This document shows, one piece after another, positions 38,846 to 47,430 of a stretch of 64,000 bases of DNA (position 1 is the first letter of the stretch; the number at the start of each line of letters is the position of its first letter). The notes beneath the pieces are model-generated. The model was not told the origin of the DNA. It did no database searches and worked only from the letters and a program-made list of their open reading frames with translations. Location of the stretch: the NCBI GenBank assembly GCA_049322915.1, contig JBMOPW010000032.1, positions 1 to 64,000 of the forward strand. The letters are read 5' to 3'. Both the position numbers and the translations under genes were made by a program. The DNA is from Candidatus Zhuqueibacterota bacterium (GTDB taxonomy: Bacteria; Zhuqueibacterota; Zhuqueibacteria; Thermofontimicrobiales; Thermofontimicrobiaceae).

Positions 38846-41800
38846 GTGATTTTCGGAAGAGAGGATTTGTACGCTTTGAAAGCAGCAATTAAAGAAGAAA
38901 TAAAAGTTCCCGCGCACATAGATTACCTGGGCGAGTTACGTAACTTTGTAACAAAGACAGGTCGCAAACACAGTTTTCCGGATACGGTTGTAAATGCATT
39001 CAAACTGTGTATCGATGAGGCGGCGACAAACATCATCAAACATGCGTATCGCGACCATGATGGCATGATTACTATGCGCGTCATCGTTAAAAAAAACAGC
39101 ATGACAGTGGTGTTGGTTGACCAGGGAAAATATTTCGATCCGTCTCGTGTCGCAGATCCCGATTTGAAGCGATATATCGATATCGGCAAAAAAGGCGGCC
39201 TCGGTATTTTTATCATGCGCAAGCTGCTTGATGAAATTGAATATCATCATACCGAAGAGGGCAATGAACTCCGGCTGACGAAATACCGCGACAGTTCGTT
39301 TCGTAAGAAAAAAGAAATTCAGGCGCCATCGCTTGCTGTTAGCCTGAAGATGAGATATTCAATTATTTCAGCGGTTATTCTTTTTGTTGCCATCGCCATA
39401 GGTTACTTCTTCTATTTCTTCAAGCATGGAAATCAGGTATTGGATGAATTTGTCGCCATTGAAAGCCCGTACTGCCAGAACATCGCGCGAGCTATCATTG
39501 ACGATAATGATGAAGATCTGAAACGATTTTACGTGGCCCTGAAAGTCAATGAATTCAAGGAATCGCGCAGCGATATTTTCAGAATTTCTGTGACTGATAC
39601 AACCAATTACATCATTCATTCAACGGATGAAGTTTTATCCGGCCAGGAATTTAAAATACCCGCTGACCATTCAAAACCACGTCCCAATCTATATCAGTAT
39701 AAAACCTCCAAGGGAATTGAAGTATACAGTTTCAAGAGCAATGTGAATAACACTGCCGATCAAAAAGTTGGAAATATCTATTTAGAATTTCAAACCGATC
39801 TAGTGAGTCGAAAAGTCGCAGCGGTGCGAATCCGCGACCTTCTCACTGCGATCATGATTTTGCTCCTGAGCTATATGGGCGTGGCCGTTCTGATTTACCT
39901 CATCATGAATCCGTTTCGTAAGCTTTCGACCTGGGTGCGCGAATTGGGACACGGCGGCGACGTTAAAGATGAGATTGATTTTGACTCTGGTGATGAAGTC
40001 GGAGAGATCGCAAAGGCGTTCAGCGACATCACCGATAAATTTCGTCAGTCGCAGAAAAACCTGGCTGAACAGGAACGTATTCAAAAAGAGATGCAACTGG
40101 CTCAGGATATTCAGCAGACACTGCTTCCGTCGGAAACGCCAGTCCTGGAGGGGTATGAAATTGCATCCCACTATGAATCTGCCAAAGAGGTTGGCGGGGA
40201 TTATTTTGATTTCATTGAAGTGGATAAAGATACGCTTGGCATAGTAGTGGCGGACGTTTCCGGGAAAGGCGTCCCCGGCTCACTCATTATGACAATGATC
40301 AGAACGGCTTTGCGTACCGAGGCGCGTTCGATTCGGTCGGCTTCGGAGGTGTTGGCGCGGGTCAATGAGTTTGTCGTGAACGATATGAAAAAGGGCATGT
40401 TTGTCACTTTGTTTTATGTCATTATCGACTCAAAAAAGAGGCGGATCAACTACGCCAGCGCCGGTCACAACCCCATGATTCTGTACCGTCAGGGATCGAA
40501 AAAGACATATTACCTGAATCCGCGTGGATTTCCTGTGGGCATTTCCTTGCCGGATACTGAATTATTCAAACGATCAATTGAATCAGATACAATTCAATTG
40601 GCCGAAGATGACATCCTGATAATTTACACAGATGGCATTACCGAGGCGATGAATGGCCGGCGAGAGATGTTCAGCGAGGAGCGGCTGCAGGACGTGATTC
40701 GTAAGTCTGGTCACCTGCGGGCCAATGCATTTATTGATAAGCTCCGCGATGAAATACACTCGTTTACTGAGGGGTACGAACAGAGCGACGACATCACGGT
40801 TGTTGCAATTAAGGAGCAGAGCACGCCGGAAAAAATTGAATTGAATCGGGCTCAAAATGCTCATAAAGCAATTCTGGCCGGGAAAAATATCCGTGAAGCA
40901 TGCGAAGAATCGGGCATCACCACGTACGCTTATTACAATAAATATAAAAAAATCTTTGAAGAGGAAGGCATCGATGCCTATTCCATTGATGAAACAATTT
41001 CTGTTGAAGCAAAGCATCTGAGCATCGAAGAAAAGACCAAGATTTACGACATTATAAAAAAGCATCCTGAATTCGGCGCAAAAAGAATCAGCGAAGAATT
41101 AAATATTGAACTCTATGGTTTTACAGAAATAAACGAAAGCAGGATTTATGATGAGCTGGTCCGAAGTCGGTTAAATACGCGACAATTGCGGGAGGCCTAT
41201 ATTTCCCGTTCAGGAAAGAAGAAGAGGTTGAAGCCGCCCGGTACACCAATGTTAACATTGGATGGAAAAATTATTCTCAATCGCAATTATGAAGAGCCAT
41301 CTGCACCGACGCAACAGGAGGTGCCAAAACGAGTTCAATCCGAAGAAAAGAAAGAACCGTCGGCGGACCAGGTGCAAAAGGTCAGGAAGGTCAAGCAGGT
41401 TCGAGTACCCCGAGACCCGGATGACAATTTCTACCTCGAGAGTCTCATGACCATGCCAATCGAAGACCTGCTTAAAAAGGAACGGGATATGGAAGAGGTC
41501 GAGGAATCTGATACGGGATTGCAGGCCTCAGCCTTTACAGAAAAGAAGGGGGGTGTTGCGACAGAAAGCAAAATGCGGGAAGAATCAGCTGAAGAGACAC
41601 ACAACGACCTCTTTTTTGATGATGAAAAATCAGAGGAATCTTCCGATGATATAGATGTTGATTTCGATGATGAAACAGTGGAATATCAGCGGAAAGAACC
41701 TGCGCAACATGATGATGAAGGGCTGGAACATGATTTCAGCTTCAAAGATATCTGGGATGAACAGGGCGATGAGATTGAAGAACAAAGCCTTGATTCCGGC

Positions 41801-42772
41801 GACACGAAAAGACCGGCGGAGCAGGGAGCAGACTCCGATCTCAGTCCTGACAAAATAGAACTACCGGAGATGTCAATAGAGGACAATCGTGTTTCCAGAC
41901 GCGGGATCGATATCGAGGATTTGCTCGAAGAGCCGGACGATGCAAAGGCTCCCGATGAGTTAGGATTTGAAACGCTGATTGAGGAAGCGAGTTTTAAAAA
42001 CGATATTTTTCAGGTGGAACACACCGAGGAAAATGGCAATGGAAAATTAGAACTAAATGAACATACTTCCGGCGCCGAAGACGATGCTCTGCATGAGTTG
42101 GAAGCGCCAAGTTTTTTGAATGAGATTGAAGAAATTTCAATGGCCGATGAGGATGATATCCTTTCCGAGACTGAAATCGCAAGTGATGATTTCTCCTTCA
42201 ATGACCTGTTGGATGCAATTGAATCGGATATTTCTTTCTTTGAAAAAGGCGAAGCTCATGAGGACGAAGCCGAACTGGTTCTTGAAGGAAAACCGAAAAA
42301 TGCAGAGGCAAAACGAGCGTCTGAAGAAAAAGATTTTGGCGATTTTGTAGATCATGTGGCCGTTAAAAATACGGAGGACGTCAGACCCTTTCCTACGAAG
42401 CAGGATCCATTGCGCGAAAAGCATCTCATTCTGGGACTGAAATTCTATAACGAAAGAAATTATACCCAGGCGGTTGAGCAGTTCCTTCAGGTCACGAAAA
42501 TGTATCCTGATTTTAAGGAAGCGTTCAGTATTTTAGGCAATTCTTACTATCGCTCTAATCAATATGAGCATGCTGTAACAGCCTACAAACGCGTAAAGGA
42601 ACTGGATCCGAACGATACGGATGCCTACGAAAACACCGGGGTGATTTATGCAAACAATGGTAAATTCCGAGAAGCAATCAGAGAGTGGAAGCGGCTGATT
42701 GAAATCGATCCGGGTCGGGAAGATATTTTAAATCATATTACGAAGGCAGAAGAATTAATGAAAAAACTATAG
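38846..42772 (+). CDS. Membrane sensor: RsbW-type HATPase + 2 TM/periplasmic domain + HAMP + SpoIIE/PP2C phosphatase + HTH + acidic linker + TPR
   Basis: DEAATNIIKHAY, DQGKYFDP and GGLGIFIM (kinase); two TMs; DEVGEIAKAF (HAMP); VGGDYFD, ADVSGKG, SAGHNP, YTDGITEA and SDDIT (PP2C); C-terminal TPRs; true start may be TTG 38867 or 38876. Confidence 0.88.
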   Translation: MIFGREDLYALKAAIKEEIKVPAHIDYLGELRNFVTKTGRKHSFPDTVVNAFKLCIDEAATNIIKHAYRDHDGMITMRVIVKKNSMTVVLVDQGKYFDPSRVADPDLKRYIDIGKKGGLGIFIMRKLLDEIEYHHTEEGNELRLTKYRDSSFRKKKEIQAPSLAVSLKMRYSIISAVILFVAIAIGYFFYFFKHGNQVLDEFVAIESPYCQNIARAIIDDNDEDLKRFYVALKVNEFKESRSDIFRISVTDTTNYIIHSTDEVLSGQEFKIPADHSKPRPNLYQYKTSKGIEVYSFKSNVNNTADQKVGNIYLEFQTDLVSRKVAAVRIRDLLTAIMILLLSYMGVAVLIYLIMNPFRKLSTWVRELGHGGDVKDEIDFDSGDEVGEIAKAFSDITDKFRQSQKNLAEQERIQKEMQLAQDIQQTLLPSETPVLEGYEIASHYESAKEVGGDYFDFIEVDKDTLGIVVADVSGKGVPGSLIMTMIRTALRTEARSIRSASEVLARVNEFVVNDMKKGMFVTLFYVIIDSKKRRINYASAGHNPMILYRQGSKKTYYLNPRGFPVGISLPDTELFKRSIESDTIQLAEDDILIIYTDGITEAMNGRREMFSEERLQDVIRKSGHLRANAFIDKLRDEIHSFTEGYEQSDDITVVAIKEQSTPEKIELNRAQNAHKAILAGKNIREACEESGITTYAYYNKYKKIFEEEGIDAYSIDETISVEAKHLSIEEKTKIYDIIKKHPEFGAKRISEELNIELYGFTEINESRIYDELVRSRLNTRQLREAYISRSGKKKRLKPPGTPMLTLDGKIILNRNYEEPSAPTQQEVPKRVQSEEKKEPSADQVQKVRKVKQVRVPRDPDDNFYLESLMTMPIEDLLKKERDMEEVEESDTGLQASAFTEKKGGVATESKMREESAEETHNDLFFDDEKSEESSDDIDVDFDDETVEYQRKEPAQHDDEGLEHDFSFKDIWDEQGDEIEEQSLDSGDTKRPAEQGADSDLSPDKIELPEMSIEDNRVSRRGIDIEDLLEEPDDAKAPDELGFETLIEEASFKNDIFQVEHTEENGNGKLELNEHTSGAEDDALHELEAPSFLNEIEEISMADEDDILSETEIASDDFSFNDLLDAIESDISFFEKGEAHEDEAELVLEGKPKNAEAKRASEEKDFGDFVDHVAVKNTEDVRPFPTKQDPLREKHLILGLKFYNERNYTQAVEQFLQVTKMYPDFKEAFSILGNSYYRSNQYEHAVTAYKRVKELDPNDTDAYENTGVIYANNGKFREAIREWKRLIEIDPGREDILNHITKAEELMKKL

Positions 42773-42836
42773 GAAAAAAGTTGTAGAAATACTTCAGATT
42801 ATTAAAAAAACGAAAGATGTGATTCATATTTTTTTA

Positions 42837-42865
42837 TTGACTTTTAGTTATTTTTCAATTATATT
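42837..42865 (+). promoter_or_regulatory. Internal sigma70-type promoter for STAS gene
   Basis: TTGACT (42837-42842), 17 bp, TATATT (42860-42865). Confidence 0.55.
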
Positions 42866-42909
42866 TCGACTTAAGAAAATTTTGCGAATAATACATCTTG
42901 GAGTATTCG

Positions 42910-43623
42910 ATGGAAGGAATTCAATTGTCTGTTAAACAAACAGGAGTTGACAATAATATTTCTGTGATTAAAGTGGGTGGGTACATTGATACGACGACTT
43001 CCGCAGAACTGGAGCACTCGCTTGAAGCATTATTGGAAGCTAATAATTATAACATCATTATTGATTTGTCCAATGTTGATTATATTAGCAGCGCCGGCTG
43101 GGGGATTTTTATAAGTGAGATAAAAGGGATTCGGGAAAAAGGCGGTGATCTGAAACTAATCGGTATGATCCCTGATGTGTATGAAGTTTTTGAATTGCTG
43201 GAATTTCATTACATATTAAAAGCGTTTGATACGATCGAAGAGGCGGTCGCCGATTTTGATAAAACAAGACCGCGGGGCGAATATCGTCCTGTCGCTCAAA
43301 TGAATCGTGAAATGGAATCTCAGAAGCCAGAACCACCTCACATTTTGCGCCGCGGCGATGATAATCGGGAGAGTGAAGAATATCTGGAAAAGATGATGAA
43401 GCCGGATGCGAGCGACAAGAGTGTCGAGGCCAAAATCAAAAAGCTGGTCATCGAAAATCCTGAAAATGGCAGTATTAAAATAATGCGGGAATTGAACTCG
43501 CCGGCGTACGGAAATCTCAAGCTGAGCTGGTTTCAGGTAGTGCGGTATTTGAAACAGATGAATTTGAATTCAAAGAAGAAACGGGTTGAATTCTTCCAGA
43601 GAGAAACATTTAAACGTAGCTAA
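42910..43623 (+). CDS. STAS (anti-sigma-factor antagonist) protein with C-terminal HTH-like domain
   Basis: IKVGGYIDTTTS, IIIDLSNVDYISSAGWG, GGDLKL, VYEVFELL; extra ~120-aa C-terminus. Confidence 0.88.
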   Translation: MEGIQLSVKQTGVDNNISVIKVGGYIDTTTSAELEHSLEALLEANNYNIIIDLSNVDYISSAGWGIFISEIKGIREKGGDLKLIGMIPDVYEVFELLEFHYILKAFDTIEEAVADFDKTRPRGEYRPVAQMNREMESQKPEPPHILRRGDDNRESEEYLEKMMKPDASDKSVEAKIKKLVIENPENGSIKIMRELNSPAYGNLKLSWFQVVRYLKQMNLNSKKKRVEFFQRETFKRS

Positions 43624-43657
43624 TAAAAATTAAATTTGAATAACATATAGAGAATTC

Positions 43658-43690
43658 AGGAGTTTGTTATTATCTACAAACTCCTTTTTT
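43658..43690 (+). terminator. Intrinsic terminator closing the accessory locus
   Basis: AGGAGTTTGT/ACAAACTCCT 10-bp stem plus T run. Confidence 0.8.
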
Positions 43691-43777
43691 ATTATTGGAT
43701 GAAACTTCAAAGTATACTGATGATTGAAAAGATGTAAAGTGGATGTGTTGACAGGTGATATGGAAGAGGAGTGGACG

Positions 43778-46700
43778 ATGGATATTCGGGAAATGTTCGG
43801 AGACAGAATTGTGTTATTCGATGGCGCGATGGGCACTCAAATTCAGTTGCTCCAGCCATCGCTGGCTGAGTGGGATGGAAAAGTTGGATGCAGTGAGGTT
43901 TTGAATTTAACAGCTCCATCAAAGATACGAAAGATACATGAAAATTATTTGGAAGCCGGCGCGGAGGTAGTTGAGACCAATACATTCGGGGCCAATGAAA
44001 TTGTACTGGCTGAATATGGACTGCAACATCGCGTCGTGGAGATCAATCGTGAGGCGGCACAGATTGCACGCCAGGCCGTAGCTGAGTTCTCCGGGTCGAA
44101 AAAAAGGTACGTCGCTGGTTCAATTGGCCCGGGCACTAAATTGGTCACACTCGGCCAAACGGACTTTGATACCATGTATCGATCCTATCGTCAGCAGGCA
44201 AAAGGGCTGCTTGAGGGAGGAATCGATCTGGTCATCATTGAGACCTGTCAGGATTTATTGCAGATAAAAATAGCGCTTCTATCTGTGACGGACGAGATGG
44301 AAAAACAAGGGCGAAAAGCTCCGATCATTGTGTCCGTGACCGTAGAAGCGACGGGTACCCTGTTGTTGGGGAGTGAAATCGGCGCCGTCATGGCAGCGCT
44401 GGAACCTTTCGATATTGATGTCTTTGGCATGAACTGCGCGACTGGCCCGGAACAGATGCATCCCTACATAAAAAGGATTTGCCAGTATTTTGATGGACCG
44501 GTGATCTGTCAACCCAATGCAGGATTGCCTCAAAATATCGATGGCCAGATGGTTTACACATTGCCGATTGTGGATTTTGTGCATACGCTCTCTGGATTCA
44601 TCACGGAAGAGGGAGTCCGGTTCGTTGGTGGCTGCTGCGGAACAACGCCGGAATTTATCAAAGCCCTGTCGGATCGAATCGCTCATTTGAAAATTGGCGA
44701 GCGGACAATCGAGAAAGCGCCTTCGCTTTCTTCTTTGTTCAGCGAAAAAAAATTGCGCCAGGATCCGGCGCCATTCTTTGTAGGTGAGCGTACCAACACG
44801 AATGGCAGTAAAAAATTTCGGGAGTTTGTTCTGGAGGATGACTGGAGTGGCGTTGTCTCCGTCGCGCAGCAGCAGCAGGGTACAGGCGCTCATGGCCTGG
44901 ATTTGTGCATTGCTTTCACCGGCAGGAACGAATCATCGGACATGAAAGAAGCCATATCGCGGATTGTCAGGCAGGTGGACCTGCCTATATTCATCGATTC
45001 CACTGATAGCAACGTCATTGAAACTGCGCTGAAATTTATTGGTGGCAGAGCGGTTATTAATTCGATTAATCTGGAGGACGGGGAAGCTCGCACAGAGAAA
45101 ATCTGTAGTCTGGCCAAACGATTCGGCGCAGCGGTTATTGCGCTGACAATTGATGAAAGTGGGATGGCGCATGATGTCGATAAAAAGATCGCGATTGCCA
45201 GGCGAATTTTCGACATCGCAACAAAACGATTCGGACTCCGTTCCCAGGATCTGATATTCGATGCATTGACGTTCACGCTTGCCAGCGGCGAAAAGAGCTT
45301 AGCCGATTCGGCCCTGAATACCTTGGAAGGCATTCGTCGAATTAAGCGGGAATTGCCAGGCGTATATACAATTCTGGGCGTGAGCAATATTTCATTCGGA
45401 TTAAATCCCGAGACGCGTGAAGTGTTGAATTCAGTTTTTTTGGCGGAGGCAGTGAAAGCCGGGCTGGATCTTGCTATTGTGAACGTGAAGAAAATAATGC
45501 CGCTGTACCAGATGGACTCAGCCGATCGGGAACATTGCCTGAATTTGATCTATAATCAGGGCGGCCCGAATTCGTTATTTAGTTTCATAAAACATTTTGA
45601 TAAAAAATCTTCGTCGCTGAAAAAGAAAAGCATTGTCGAAGAGGATATTTCTCTTGAAGAGAAAATCAAACGTTACGTCATTGATGGTAAAAGTACAGGT
45701 CTCGATAAACTGCTGAAGCTGGCGCTGGAAAAAATGAAGCCACTGGAAATTGTCAACGAGTTGCTCATTCCGGCGATGAAAAAAGTCGGCGAATTGTTCG
45801 GCGCCGGGGAAATGCAGCTTCCTTTTGTGCTGCAATCGGCAGAGGTCATGAAATTTGCTGTCGATAAACTTCAGCCGTATATGGAAAAAACAGCGGATCA
45901 GTCGCAGAGGAGCATTGTGTTAGCCACCGTCCGCGGTGACGTTCATGATATTGGCAAAAATTTAGTGGACATCATTTTGACCAATAACGGCTATAAGGTG
46001 TACAATCTTGGCATTAAATGCGAAGTGGAAACCATCATTCAGAAGGCGCTCGAAGTGCGCGCTGATGCGATTGGCATGAGCGGTCTGCTGGTTAAATCCA
46101 CAGTGGTGATGAAGGAAAATCTGGATGAAATGAAACGGAGAAATGTCCAGATACCTGTGCTTTTGGGAGGCGCGGCGCTCACTCGGAGCTATGTTGAGGA
46201 TGTGTGTCAGCCTGTGATTGAAAAACCTGTTGTGTATTGTCCAGATGCTTTTTCAGGGCTGGCTGCCATGGAAAAAATTAAACTGGGAACGCTGACGATA
46301 ATGTCAGCATCCCCCAAGCGAGGCGATACGCACAAGGCCTTTGAACAAACCAGAACAGCACTCCCTGAAACTCAGATAAAAATTAATCGGGACATTGCCA
46401 TCCCAACTCCGCCCTTTTGGGGAGAGAAAATCATCAGAGATATCGAATTGGCCAGGGTCTTTGTTTACCTCAATGAGACGGTTTTATTTCGCGGACGATG
46501 GGGCTATCGCCGGGGGAAGCTGAGCGCTGAAGAGTTTGATAGCATGATCAAAAGAGAAGCGTTGCCGGCGCTGGAGGAATTCAAAATGCGCTGCATCAAT
46601 GAAAAACTCCTGGTCGCGGATCTGGTCTATGGGTATTACCCATGCAATAGCGAAGGCGAGCAGGTGGTTATTTATTCCCCGGAGACAAACAGGGAATGGG

Positions 46701-47194
46701 TGCGACTCACATTTCCCCGGCAGAAAAAATCGCCGTTTCAGAATATAGCGGATTTTTTCCTGCCCATTGAATCGGGCAAACGCGATATCATCGCGCTGCA
46801 AGTAGTCACCGTGGGCAGCCGGGCATCTGAGGAGTCCAGGCGCCTTTTTGAAACGAATCAGTACAAAAAGTACCTGCTATTTCATGGCCTCAGCGTGGAA
46901 TCGGCGGAGGCGCTGGCCGAATACTGGCATCAGCGCATTCGGGAGGAGTTACAAATAACCGAAGAAGACAGCCGCGATATCAACGACTTTGTAGTCCAGA
47001 AATATCGAGGCGCACGCTATTCATTCGGTTATCCGGCCTGCCCTGATCTGGCTCAAAACAGGAAAATTTTTGAGCTGCTCCGGCCTGAGCGAATTGGAGT
47101 GACTTTGACTGAGGAGGATCAAATGATACCGGAACAAACGACCTCAGCCTTTGTTGTGCATCATCCACAGGCCAAGTATTTCACAATTGAATGA
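43778..47194 (+). CDS. metH: Cobalamin-dependent methionine synthase
   Basis: DGAMGT, ETNTFGA, MNCATGP, GGCCGTTP, GERTN, GDVHDIGKN, SGLL, RYSFGYPACPD; RBS GAGGAG before ATG 43778. Confidence 0.97.
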   Translation: MDIREMFGDRIVLFDGAMGTQIQLLQPSLAEWDGKVGCSEVLNLTAPSKIRKIHENYLEAGAEVVETNTFGANEIVLAEYGLQHRVVEINREAAQIARQAVAEFSGSKKRYVAGSIGPGTKLVTLGQTDFDTMYRSYRQQAKGLLEGGIDLVIIETCQDLLQIKIALLSVTDEMEKQGRKAPIIVSVTVEATGTLLLGSEIGAVMAALEPFDIDVFGMNCATGPEQMHPYIKRICQYFDGPVICQPNAGLPQNIDGQMVYTLPIVDFVHTLSGFITEEGVRFVGGCCGTTPEFIKALSDRIAHLKIGERTIEKAPSLSSLFSEKKLRQDPAPFFVGERTNTNGSKKFREFVLEDDWSGVVSVAQQQQGTGAHGLDLCIAFTGRNESSDMKEAISRIVRQVDLPIFIDSTDSNVIETALKFIGGRAVINSINLEDGEARTEKICSLAKRFGAAVIALTIDESGMAHDVDKKIAIARRIFDIATKRFGLRSQDLIFDALTFTLASGEKSLADSALNTLEGIRRIKRELPGVYTILGVSNISFGLNPETREVLNSVFLAEAVKAGLDLAIVNVKKIMPLYQMDSADREHCLNLIYNQGGPNSLFSFIKHFDKKSSSLKKKSIVEEDISLEEKIKRYVIDGKSTGLDKLLKLALEKMKPLEIVNELLIPAMKKVGELFGAGEMQLPFVLQSAEVMKFAVDKLQPYMEKTADQSQRSIVLATVRGDVHDIGKNLVDIILTNNGYKVYNLGIKCEVETIIQKALEVRADAIGMSGLLVKSTVVMKENLDEMKRRNVQIPVLLGGAALTRSYVEDVCQPVIEKPVVYCPDAFSGLAAMEKIKLGTLTIMSASPKRGDTHKAFEQTRTALPETQIKINRDIAIPTPPFWGEKIIRDIELARVFVYLNETVLFRGRWGYRRGKLSAEEFDSMIKREALPALEEFKMRCINEKLLVADLVYGYYPCNSEGEQVVIYSPETNREWVRLTFPRQKKSPFQNIADFFLPIESGKRDIIALQVVTVGSRASEESRRLFETNQYKKYLLFHGLSVESAEALAEYWHQRIREELQITEEDSRDINDFVVQKYRGARYSFGYPACPDLAQNRKIFELLRPERIGVTLTEEDQMIPEQTTSAFVVHHPQAKYFTIE

Positions 47195-47212
47195 AATGGA
47201 AAAGGAGAGATG

Positions 47213-47371
47213 ATGGAAAAGTACATTTGTACCAACTGCGGATATATCTATAATCCGTGGGAAGGCGATCCTAACAATGGAATCAGTCCTGGAACACCCT
47301 TTGATGCGTTACCCGATTCCTGGGTCTGTCCCGTCTGTTATGTTTCGAAGGACATGTTTGATCCATTTTAA
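47213..47371 (+). CDS. Rubredoxin (not in ORF track, <60 aa)
   Basis: [61 protein letters not shown]; alternative ATG 47210. Confidence 0.93.
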   Translation: MEKYICTNCGYIYNPWEGDPNNGISPGTPFDALPDSWVCPVCYVSKDMFDPF

Positions 47372-47430
47372 CCAGGATGGCAATTTCACCAGCCTCGCTG
47401 AGAGGGTGAAAATTTGATTGAACGGAGCTT

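Noticed and set aside
40880..41200. Active or recently inserted IS481 element
   Set aside because: No DDE catalytic domain, terminal inverted repeats or reading-frame disruption; the host ORF is continuous.
43624..43777. SAM or cobalamin riboswitch before metH
   Set aside because: The gap is short and AT-rich and contains only the upstream terminator; no aptamer motifs were seen.
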